Position numbers and translations under genes: made by a program
Notes under the pieces: generated by a model
The model's database searches: none
What the model was told of the DNA's origin: nothing
What the model saw: the letters and a program-made list of their open reading frames with translations, nothing else
Part shown: in pieces, positions 8,948 through 16,523 of the stretch
Position numbering within the stretch: the stretch's first letter is position 1
How the letters are laid out: each line of letters begins with the position of its first letter
Source of the DNA: Vibrio vulnificus CMCP6
GTDB taxonomy: Bacteria; Pseudomonadota; Gammaproteobacteria; Enterobacterales; Vibrionaceae
Length of the DNA stretch: 32,000 bases
Assembly: GCF_000039765.1 (NCBI RefSeq)
Contig: NC_004460.2
Location: forward strand, 810,001 to 842,000
Direction of reading: 5' to 3'

Positions 8948-9175
8948 ATGAACCGCATTATTATGACTGCATTGACTGCGATTACCGCTCTGTTCACGCT
9001 CATGTTCAGCTTGCTCTTGGCAATTCCGTTGACCATCGTCGCGCTGATCACTGGTAAAAGAATCGAAAAGCAGCTAAAACAAGCCGCACAACAAGCGCAA
9101 GCACAACGCACACAACACGATGACGGCCAGCAGCATCGAGTCATCGATGGTGAGTTCGAAGAAGTCTCACGTTAA
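8948..9175 (+). CDS. Small single-pass membrane protein (75 aa) with a Q/A-rich charged tail
   Basis: An SD AAGAGG lies 8 nt upstream of the ATG. The hydrophobic N-terminal half is ALTAITALFTLMFSLLLAIPLTIVALI, and a polar tail follows. The Cys-rich antisense ORF 8884..9144 is a shadow. Confidence 0.55.
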   Translation: MNRIIMTALTAITALFTLMFSLLLAIPLTIVALITGKRIEKQLKQAAQQAQAQRTQHDDGQQHRVIDGEFEEVSR

Positions 9176-10056
9176 TGCCAATCGGTCGATTGTGCATACT
9201 CTTCAACCCACCCAAGTAATTGCTTCGCCGCTTTCGACAGAACTTGGTTTTGTCGAACAATATAGCCAAAGTCGGTTGCAGGAAAATCCTCTAAATGCGT
9301 GACTTTCCTGCTTAACGTGGTTTTGGTATGCAAAGAGAAATCCGGCACAATCGCGGTGCCAAATCCGGCCTCCGCCCAGTCGATTTGCGCTTCGACACTC
9401 CCCACTTCCATCACTCGAAAACGAGGCAGATTCAATTTCGGCAAAGAGGCATCAATCAGCTCCCGAGTACGAGTATCGTGCCCGAGCAAGATGAGTGTCG
9501 GCTTGTCTTGCGCCTCCCATGCTTTCTCCAATAAATCATCACCAAATGCACACCATTTAATCTGAGTCAAAGGCGTGAAGTGCAGCGGTTGACTCTCTTT
9601 TTGTGCGATCACAAAACCAATATCAGCACGGGCACTTTTGACCAATTCGACAGCTTGAGAAGAGGTGGTATTGAACAAAGCCAAATCGATACCCGGATAG
9701 TCATTTTTGAAGCGTTGAAAAGGTTCAATCAGCAGCAAACGCGAAACAATGTCACTGGCTGCAATCGAGAGTGTCCCTTGCGTTAATTCATTGATGGCAT
9801 TGAGATCGGATTGGCAAATTTGCAGCTCATTGAGCATCAACTTGGCAGACTTTAACAATCGACGCCCCGCCGGCGTTAACTGAACCGGGTTTCGTTCGAT
9901 CAATTTTGCTTTGGTTGTCTGCTCTAGCTGTTTGATATGCAGGCTGACGTTGGGTTGTGTCATGTGCAGCTCGTTGGCGGTTTTGCCAAAATGTTTCACT
10001 TCCGCCAAGGTAATAAACGTCTTCAACCAATTTAGATCCAACACCGCAGACTCCAT
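9172..10056 (-). CDS. LysR family transcriptional regulator
   Basis: The N-terminal wHTH is LNWLKTFITLAEVKHFGKTANELHMTQPNVSLHIKQLE, followed by a LysR substrate-binding domain. It is transcribed divergently from the PurA paralog. Confidence 0.9.
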   Translation of the reverse strand: MESAVLDLNWLKTFITLAEVKHFGKTANELHMTQPNVSLHIKQLEQTTKAKLIERNPVQLTPAGRRLLKSAKLMLNELQICQSDLNAINELTQGTLSIAASDIVSRLLLIEPFQRFKNDYPGIDLALFNTTSSQAVELVKSARADIGFVIAQKESQPLHFTPLTQIKWCAFGDDLLEKAWEAQDKPTLILLGHDTRTRELIDASLPKLNLPRFRVMEVGSVEAQIDWAEAGFGTAIVPDFSLHTKTTLSRKVTHLEDFPATDFGYIVRQNQVLSKAAKQLLGWVEEYAQSTDWH

Positions 10057-10086
10057 ATGAGTTTCTTATTGACTTGATGAGTATAA

Positions 10087-10103
10087 TTAATTTCTCTTAT
10101 TAA
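10087..10103. promoter_or_regulatory. Candidate LysR T-N11-A box (TTAAT-N7-ATTAA)
   Basis: The interrupted dyad TTAATTTCTCTTATTAA lies in the 92-bp divergent intergenic region. The region is AT-rich, so a chance occurrence is plausible. Confidence 0.3.
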
Positions 10104-10148
10104 GACTATCACCCTAAGATGCTTTGGTCTTATTTCGGAGGAATTGTC

Positions 10149-11405
10149 ATGACGTCTATCGTTGTTGTGGGTGCAAACTGGGGTGATGAAGGCAAAGGCC
10201 GCATCGTTGATTTTCTAGCAGAAAACGCAGCGGCTAGCGTACGTTTCCAAGGTGGAAACAACGCAGGTCATACCGTAGTGAACCATTTTGGTACATTCAA
10301 ACTTCATCAACTGCCTAGTGGTGTCTTCAACCCAGGTTGCCTCGCGGTGCTTGGCCCTGGCATGGTAATTAGCCCAGCGCTGCTTACTCAGGAATTGGCG
10401 GAAGTTGAACAATCTGGCGTGAAAGTGAATCTGTGTATTTCTGATCGTGCAACGCTGTGTCTACCGCTTCACGCACTAGAAGATACCCTAGAAGAACAGC
10501 GCCTAGGCGACAAGGCTTACGGTTCCACTCGTCAAGGTATTGCTCCTGCTTACGGTGATCGTGTGATGAAAAAAGGCATTCTGCTGGGCTGGCTAAAACA
10601 ACCTGAAGTATTGGTCGAGCGTCTGCAATTTATGTTGGATTGGAAACTGCCACAACTACGTGCACTCTACCCTGAGTTCAAATTTGAACAAACGGCGCAA
10701 GAGATGGCCGATTGGCTACTTGAGGTATCTGCCCCTTGGCGTGATGCGATTTGTAACGTGTCCGTCCCTCTCAAAGCACTGCAAGCGGAAAAGCAAAACC
10801 TACTTTTTGAAGCGCAACTGGGTGCTGGCCGTGATCTCGTCTATGGTGAATACCCTTGGACAACCTCTTCCAACGTGGTTTCTGCGTACGCAGGCATTGG
10901 CAGTGGTTTACCAGCCCTTCGCCCAGAGCGCGTTATCGCTGTCGCTAAAGCCTTCAGCTCATCTGTTGGTACAGGTACGCTGATCACAGCAATGGAAGAA
11001 CAAGACGCCTTCCGTGAAGCGGCGAACGAGTTCGGTGCAACAACCGGTCGCCCTCGCGATATGGGCTACTTTGATGCCGTAGCCACCCAAAATGGGGTTG
11101 AGCTACAAGCGGCAACCGAGATCGCTCTAACCAAACTGGATTGTTTGACTGGCCTTGACGATCTGAAAATCTGTGTGGCTTACCAAGGCGATCACAGTGA
11201 GAACCCAATTTGGCCTCAAACCGCAGCATTAGCACCAGTTTACGAGAAAATGCCAAGCTGGAGCGAAGACATCACCGCCTGCCGTCGTTTTGAAGATCTG
11301 CCTCAAGCCGCTCAGCAATATGTGTTGCGCATTGAAGAACTGATGGGCGTTCCAGTGAGTATGGTCTCTGTTGGCCCTGGTCGTGAGCAAATGATCCTAC
11401 GTTAA
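10149..11405 (+). CDS. Adenylosuccinate synthase family protein (divergent PurA paralog)
   Basis: The start was chosen at the ATG with SD GGAGG (MTSIVVVGANWGDEGKG). The GDEGKG P-loop, GGNNAGHT, TKLD guanine-specificity box and SVGPGR are conserved. The substrate loops differ from E. coli PurA as I recall it: GSTRQGIAPAY, EAQLGAGRDLVYGEYPW, SSSVGTGTLIT and TTGRPRDMG. Confidence 0.85.
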   Translation: MTSIVVVGANWGDEGKGRIVDFLAENAAASVRFQGGNNAGHTVVNHFGTFKLHQLPSGVFNPGCLAVLGPGMVISPALLTQELAEVEQSGVKVNLCISDRATLCLPLHALEDTLEEQRLGDKAYGSTRQGIAPAYGDRVMKKGILLGWLKQPEVLVERLQFMLDWKLPQLRALYPEFKFEQTAQEMADWLLEVSAPWRDAICNVSVPLKALQAEKQNLLFEAQLGAGRDLVYGEYPWTTSSNVVSAYAGIGSGLPALRPERVIAVAKAFSSSVGTGTLITAMEEQDAFREAANEFGATTGRPRDMGYFDAVATQNGVELQAATEIALTKLDCLTGLDDLKICVAYQGDHSENPIWPQTAALAPVYEKMPSWSEDITACRRFEDLPQAAQQYVLRIEELMGVPVSMVSVGPGREQMILR

Positions 11406-11421
11406 TGGACAGTCAATGACT

Positions 11422-11451
11422 AAAAAATCCGGGCTCGCCCGGATTTTTTTG
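11422..11451 (+). terminator. Rho-independent terminator of the PurA paralog
   Basis: The motif is AAAAAATCCGGGC-TC-GCCCGGATTTTTTT. Confidence 0.85.
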
Positions 11452-11602
11452 TTTTTGATCTCTAGAGTCTGTTTCTAGAGATAAACGCATTCATCGAGTC
11501 GGAGATCACTATCTCGATTAACCCCGCTTTTCATCCGTTTTTAACTTGTTGATTTCGTACTACACTGCTTGAGAACTCAATTCGTCAAACAAGGACAATA
11601 AC

Positions 11603-12076
11603 ATGATCGCTCAAGGCCAAACTTTACCTAACGCTACACTGAGCCAACTAACTAAAGAGGGAATGGTCCACCACCCTGTTTTAGAGCTGTTTGCTGGCAA
11701 AAAAGTCGTGCTTTTCGCCGTACCTGGGGCGTTCACGCCAACCTGTTCAGAAGCACATTTACCGGGTTATATCGTACTGGCCGATCAACTTAAGGCGAAA
11801 GGCGTCGATCTGATTGCCTGCGTTTCTGTCAACGATGCGTTTGTGATGAAAGCCTGGGGTGAAGCACAAAATGCGGAAGAAATTCTAATGTTGGCGGATG
11901 GCGACGCGAGCTTTACCAAAGCACTCGGCTTGGAAATGGATACCGCTGGTTTTGGTGGCCTTCGCTCTCAACGCTACGCGATGATTATCGACAATGGCGT
12001 AGTCACAACCCTCAATGTGGAAGCGCCTAAATCATTTGAAGTGAGTAACGCTGAAACGATTCTTGCCGCGCTTTAA
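11603..12076 (+). CDS. Peroxiredoxin, Prx5 subfamily (AhpC/TSA fold) without a fused glutaredoxin domain
   Basis: The 157-aa protein carries the peroxidatic motif PGAFTPTCS. An SD AAGGA is present. Confidence 0.85.
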   Translation: MIAQGQTLPNATLSQLTKEGMVHHPVLELFAGKKVVLFAVPGAFTPTCSEAHLPGYIVLADQLKAKGVDLIACVSVNDAFVMKAWGEAQNAEEILMLADGDASFTKALGLEMDTAGFGGLRSQRYAMIIDNGVVTTLNVEAPKSFEVSNAETILAAL

Positions 12077-12096
12077 GCCGCATAAGTCCAAAACAA

Positions 12097-12124
12097 AACG
12101 CAAGCTCTGACGCTTGCGTTTTTA
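12097..12124 (+). terminator. Rho-independent terminator of the peroxiredoxin gene
   Basis: The stem AACGCAAGC/GCTTGCGTT is followed by TTTT. Confidence 0.8.
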
Positions 12125-12161
12125 TCTGGTTGCTCATCGGTAGCTAACGATTACTCAGCGA

Positions 12162-12776
12162 TTACACCGTCAGCACCACACGCGCTGCCAGCAAAATCAG
12201 CACCACGCCTGACAGGCGATCGATCAACTGTGCTTTGGAGCGAATTTTGTCCACCACTTTTGAGCTCGATAACACCAAGGTGATAAAGGTATACCAGAGG
12301 CCATCAACGATAAATGGCGTCGCTACGATAATCACTTGATTACTCAACTCATTCCCCAGTGCTACAAACTGGCTAAACAGTGCGATGAAAAATAGCGCAA
12401 TTTTCGGACTGAGAATAGAAATCAAAAAGCCTTCTTTGGCCGACTGCAAAACCGTCGTTTGCTCCCCCGATTCCAACTTGGCCGCCACACCGCCTTTAGA
12501 GCGCAACGCGTTGTAACCCAAGTAGGCTAAATAGCCCGCACCTGCGTAACTAATGGTTTTGAACAAGAGTGGGGATTGCTGTAACACCACCGCCAAACCA
12601 ATTAAGGTCACGAAAGCGTATATCCCAATGCCAAAAGCGTGTGCCCAACTGGTGGCCAAACCATTCGCTCGCCCACCCGCTAACGCATGCTTAGCGACAA
12701 TCGCTAAACTTGGCCCCGGCGACATCGCGCCCAAAATGCAGATCGTAAAAAGTGATAACCAAACTGTGAATGTCAT
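12162..12776 (-). CDS. LysE/RhtB family amino-acid efflux protein
   Basis: The start was chosen at ATG 12776 (MTFTVWLSLFTICILGAMSPGPS) with SD AGGAGA. The protein has six hydrophobic segments, and the MSPGP motif is typical of the LysE/RhtB family. Confidence 0.8.
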   Translation of the reverse strand: MTFTVWLSLFTICILGAMSPGPSLAIVAKHALAGGRANGLATSWAHAFGIGIYAFVTLIGLAVVLQQSPLLFKTISYAGAGYLAYLGYNALRSKGGVAAKLESGEQTTVLQSAKEGFLISILSPKIALFFIALFSQFVALGNELSNQVIIVATPFIVDGLWYTFITLVLSSSKVVDKIRSKAQLIDRLSGVVLILLAARVVLTV

Positions 12777-12833
12777 AATCTTCTCCTGTGATGATTCACA
12801 GTAAGCCAATTTTTAAATGAACTGAAATCAAAC

Positions 12834-13775
12834 TTAATCATGATTGCCATGATTTGAAATCATACCGATTGAATACTCGCAACTCAGCATGACGCGGGTT
12901 ACCCTCTCTCGTACCCATCGATGGGCTGAGTCATGATCGTATTTGGGATGCCACATTAGCCAATATTGATGAATTTCCGTTTCAAACGGCAATGGATAAT
13001 GGCAAATAGGTTGGCTCTTCGCCAAGTTCACTGCGATATGCTCAGGCACCACCATCATGTAATCGCTTTGAATCAGGACGTTCACCGCAGCGGAAAAGAA
13101 AGGCACTTGTAATGCAATGTGCCGTGTTTTGCCCAACTTTCTTAATACACTGTCGGTCGCGGAGTCCTTGTCACCACCGCCAGTCACTTTAATGTGCGAG
13201 TAGCGCAGCATGTCTTCCAAGCTCAACGCCGCTTTGCCCGATAGTGGATGGCCTTGACGCATCACACACACCGAGTAGTCTTCGCCGATTTTCGTGTAGG
13301 AAAGCTCTTTGGGAGGAGAAGGCAACATGGTCGATGCCAAATGAATGCCCGTGTCGAGCAAGCTGTCTAAATATTGTGGCTGCCAAAGCCGGTAGGACAA
13401 TGTCAGACGCGGGGCCTGCTCTATCAGAACGCGAGAGAGCGTCGGTACAATGAACTGCGCAACATAATCGCTCGACGAAAGCACCAATTGCCCCTGCCAG
13501 TCTTGCGGGTTAAATGCCTGATGATCAAAGAGATGTTCAAACTCACCCAGTAACTGCACTAATTTAGGCCGTAGCACTTCGGCATGTGGCGTAGCAACAA
13601 GTCGGTTACCTTCTCTGACCAAAAGAGGGTCAGAGCACAGCTCTCGTAACTGGGCCAACTGTCGACTCATCGCGGACTGTGTAATGTGTAATCTGTCGGC
13701 CGCTCGGCTAACATGACACTCTTCGAGCAACACGAGCAAAGAACGCAGTAAATTGAGGTTGATGTTGTTGAGCAT
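12834..13775 (-). CDS. LysR family transcriptional regulator
   Basis: The HTH is LNLLRSLLVLLEECHVSRAADRLHITQSAMSRQLAQLRE, followed by a LysR effector domain. Its start lies 2 nt after the AsnC-family stop codon. Confidence 0.9.
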   Translation of the reverse strand: MLNNINLNLLRSLLVLLEECHVSRAADRLHITQSAMSRQLAQLRELCSDPLLVREGNRLVATPHAEVLRPKLVQLLGEFEHLFDHQAFNPQDWQGQLVLSSSDYVAQFIVPTLSRVLIEQAPRLTLSYRLWQPQYLDSLLDTGIHLASTMLPSPPKELSYTKIGEDYSVCVMRQGHPLSGKAALSLEDMLRYSHIKVTGGGDKDSATDSVLRKLGKTRHIALQVPFFSAAVNVLIQSDYMMVVPEHIAVNLAKSQPICHYPLPFETEIHQYWLMWHPKYDHDSAHRWVRERVTRVMLSCEYSIGMISNHGNHD

Positions 13776-13777
13776 AA

Positions 13778-14227
13778 TCAGGACACTTTGGTGGTATTAA
13801 AGAACTCCGTCAGTACCGTATGAGTAATAACGTGTTTCAGTTCTGGGAAGGCTTGTAACTGCTCTCTGATCTGGTTCAACCGTGTCATGGTCGTCACCTC
13901 CACATAGAGCATCATGTCCGTTTCACCACTGATCGCGTGGCACCACTTCACCCCATCGATAAGATAAATTTCCTTGGCATACGCTTCGCAATGATGGCTC
14001 GAAGCCGAAGTATCAAACTTCAACGCCAGATAGGCGGCAATTTTTTCGCTGGCGTTCTCCTGCGCGATATCAGCGTGGTAACCCAAGATCACCCCATCAC
14101 TTTCCAACTTTTTGATTCTGGCCGTCACGGCAGAACGCGACAGATTGACCGCCTTCGCCATGTCAGTCACAGAGCTACGTGCATCGTTTCTCAGTATGGT
14201 GAGGAGTTGTTTATCAAATTTATCCAT
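13778..14227 (-). CDS. Lrp/AsnC family transcriptional regulator
   Basis: The 149-aa protein has the HTH DKQLLTILRNDARSSVTDMAKAVNLSRSAVTARIKKLE and a RAM-type C-terminal domain. It is divergent from the YjeH-like exporter. Confidence 0.9.
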   Translation of the reverse strand: MDKFDKQLLTILRNDARSSVTDMAKAVNLSRSAVTARIKKLESDGVILGYHADIAQENASEKIAAYLALKFDTSASSHHCEAYAKEIYLIDGVKWCHAISGETDMMLYVEVTTMTRLNQIREQLQAFPELKHVITHTVLTEFFNTTKVS

Positions 14228-14482
14228 TTCTTCTCTGTGGTTAGCGTCCCTAATCTCTCTCCCATTCTACTCACAACGCTCAATTAGTGAAGCAATGAAA
14301 ATCCATTTGACTCTGCTTGCCCTAACCGTCACTTTGACGGCAATTAACAACAAAAGCGTCAAAATGTCGGTGCACAACATCACTTTGCTAGCTGCCATTT
14401 TCTGCAAAAGTCGATATGCTTGGTTAACGCTTTCATTCTCATAATTATTCATTTTCTATGGAAGCGGCACAGGGAGCGTGTC

Positions 14483-15736
14483 ATGAGTGAACTCAAACAA
14501 GAAATTACACTGTTGTCAGGAATTGGCCAGTTATCCACCACCTTGATGGGAACCGGATTGTTTATGATCCCCGCCATCGCCGCCAGTATTGCCGGTCAAT
14601 ATTCCCTCTGGGCTTGGTTGTTTCTGTTTGTGCTTATTTGCCCTGTGGCCCTCACCTTTGCTCAACTGGGCAAACGCTACCCCAACGCCGGTGGTACGGC
14701 TTATTTTGTTCGCCAAGCGTTTGATAAACGCTTAGAAAGCGCGGTGGCATGGCTGTTTGTCTCCGTGATCCCCGTCGGGGTTCCCGCTGCGATTGCGCTC
14801 GCTGCTGGCTTTTTGCAGCAGTTACTGCCTAGCGCACTCAATCACGCCTTGATAGCTCAATTGATCACCGTTGCGTTATTAGTGGCGGTCAACTTGCTCG
14901 GCGCTCGCTCTTCCGGACACTTACAAACGCTGATTGCTCTGGCTATTTTCGCGCTTGTTGGTGCTTTCTTATGGCGCGGGGAAGTCAGTGTCGAGGATTT
15001 GCACATGCCCATTTTTACCAGCGACTCGCTCCTGCCTATTGGCGCAGCTCTGGCGGTGATGTTTTGGTGCTTTGTCGGCATTGAAGCCTTTGCTCATATG
15101 GGGGAAGAGTTTAAAAATCCACAACGTGATTTTCCCATTGCCATCGTCATTGGCTGTTTTGTCGCCGGTGCGACGTACTGGGCATGCTCGGTGGTGATAC
15201 TCAAATTCGGTGCTTACGGCAGTGCTGAGTTTGACAGTGCTTCGATCCCTTGGCTGAGTGAACAACTGTTTGGTACGCAAGTCAAAACACTGATCAGTCT
15301 GATTGGCTTTTCGGCCTGTTTTGCCAGCATCAATCTCTATACCCAAAGCCTCTCACGCATGATCTGGGCGCAAGCGAGAGAACATAATCCGAGTGGAAAA
15401 ATGGCAAAAATTTCCCGTCGCGGCGTGCCCATCAACGCAACCTTAGTGGTGGGGTTGGTTTTGGCACTCGCCTGTCTTGTTGGCGAAATCTCTGGGCTCG
15501 ATTTAGAGTTTTTCCTTAAATTAGCCAACAGCGTTTTTGTGTTGATCTATCTGCTTGCCATGCTGGCCGCCTTCAAACTGCTGAACGGCCATGCTAAGTG
15601 GCTTGCCGGCGTCTCATTGATACTCTGCTCGTTGGTGTTTGTTTGTCTTGGTTGGTCAATGCTGTATGCACTGAGTGTTTTTGCTCTGTTTTTTCTACAA
15701 GCGAAAAAGCAAATGAACAAGGCTGAGTCGGTTTAA
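14483..15736 (+). CDS. yjeH: APC-superfamily amino-acid exporter, YjeH-like (methionine / branched-chain amino-acid exporter type)
   Basis: The start is at the ATG with SD GGGAG. The N-terminus MSELKQEITLLSGIGQLSTTLMGTGLFMIPAIAA and the internal FWCFVGIEAFAHMGEEFKNPQRDFP align closely with E. coli YjeH as I recall it. Confidence 0.75.
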   Translation: MSELKQEITLLSGIGQLSTTLMGTGLFMIPAIAASIAGQYSLWAWLFLFVLICPVALTFAQLGKRYPNAGGTAYFVRQAFDKRLESAVAWLFVSVIPVGVPAAIALAAGFLQQLLPSALNHALIAQLITVALLVAVNLLGARSSGHLQTLIALAIFALVGAFLWRGEVSVEDLHMPIFTSDSLLPIGAALAVMFWCFVGIEAFAHMGEEFKNPQRDFPIAIVIGCFVAGATYWACSVVILKFGAYGSAEFDSASIPWLSEQLFGTQVKTLISLIGFSACFASINLYTQSLSRMIWAQAREHNPSGKMAKISRRGVPINATLVVGLVLALACLVGEISGLDLEFFLKLANSVFVLIYLLAMLAAFKLLNGHAKWLAGVSLILCSLVFVCLGWSMLYALSVFALFFLQAKKQMNKAESV

Positions 15737-15743
15737 CTCAGCC
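15721..15743. terminator. Hairpin spanning the yjeH stop codon in a 13-nt convergent junction
   Basis: The stem GGCTGAGT/ACTCAGCC has a 7-nt loop. On the minus strand it is followed by a U-rich run (TTGTTCATTTGCTTTTT), so it may terminate the GATase transcript inside the yjeH 3' end. Confidence 0.4.
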
Positions 15744-15749
15744 AATAAG

Positions 15750-16511
15750 TTACGCGATCGGATAGCTAGTCACCGCGCTACCTTGAATGTGGGTGATGGT
15801 TTGGGGCGCAATCACTTGCCAGCGACACTGGCCGTCCAATGGTTCCGACGCGAGGATGATCGAATCTTGGCAATCTTGAATAAACACCGTCGGTGGGTCG
15901 CCTGCCGAAGCGTATCTTATGACCCAAAACTCGTCACCGTTTGAGATGCAAATGGACGCTTTAAACGGCTCTGTGATCGCTTTTTCTTGCATGGTTTGAT
16001 TCACTTCGCCAATCGTCTGTCGAATGGCGTTTAAGGGATCATGCTGAAGCCCATTTTTCATCATCAACAAAAAGATCAACTCGCTGTCAGTGGTTCCACG
16101 ACGTTTGAGATAAATGGCTTCGGGCAGTAACCGCTCTAAAGCAAACTTCACCGCGGCAAATTGACCTATCTGACCATTGTGCAAAAACATCCATTGCTCA
16201 AGGATAAATGGGTGGCAGTTGGAGCGTGATACCGAAGTGCCTGTCGATGAGCGGACGTGCGCCATAAAGCGATGAGAGCGAATGTGATGCGCTAATGAAC
16301 GCAGATTTTCGTCCCCCCAAGCGGGAAGCACCTCATGGAATTGCCCTGGCGTTGCCCGCTCGGTATACCAACCTAAACCAAAACCATCGGCATTGACGCG
16401 GGTGACCGCTTTTCTTGCTTCAAGACTTTGATGCACTAATGAATGTTCTGGCTCATAAACCAGTTTGTCGAGATAGATAGGCTCTCCTTGGTAGGCCAAC
16501 CAGCGACACAT
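15750..16511 (-). CDS. Class II (Ntn-type) glutamine amidotransferase, YafJ/EgtC-like
   Basis: The 253-aa protein begins MCRWLAYQG, so the nucleophile is Cys2. It contains NADGFGLGW and HPF...FLHNGQI motifs. An SD GGAAG lies in the 12-nt gap after the MocR stop codon. Confidence 0.8.
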   Translation of the reverse strand: MCRWLAYQGEPIYLDKLVYEPEHSLVHQSLEARKAVTRVNADGFGLGWYTERATPGQFHEVLPAWGDENLRSLAHHIRSHRFMAHVRSSTGTSVSRSNCHPFILEQWMFLHNGQIGQFAAVKFALERLLPEAIYLKRRGTTDSELIFLLMMKNGLQHDPLNAIRQTIGEVNQTMQEKAITEPFKASICISNGDEFWVIRYASAGDPPTVFIQDCQDSIILASEPLDGQCRWQVIAPQTITHIQGSAVTSYPIA

Positions 16512-16523
16512 AAATTTGCTTCC

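Noticed and set aside
8884-9144. Cys-rich 86-aa minus-strand ORF (MTRCCWPSSCCVRCACACC...)
   Set aside because: It is the antisense reading of the Q/A-rich codons (CAA/GCA repeats) of the 75-aa plus-strand gene. Its Cys richness is a codon artefact.
10119-10148. N-terminal extensions offered by the ORF track (10119, 12809, 14420, 17942, 17999, 23501, 26761, 28012)
   Set aside because: In each case a downstream ATG is preceded by a good SD and gives an N-terminus matching the family, for example MTSIVVVGANWGDEGKG, MSELKQE and MAADNNFS. The extensions contain no recognisable protein sequence.
10149-11405. The idea that the PurA paralog is a phage-type PurZ (2-aminoadenine pathway) enzyme
   Set aside because: Four points argue against it: the catalytic Asp in GDEGKG is retained, the protein is full PurA length, no phage genes or companion genes are nearby, and the gene is chromosomal with a LysR regulator. 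A changed specificity remains possible, but nothing supports PurZ itself.
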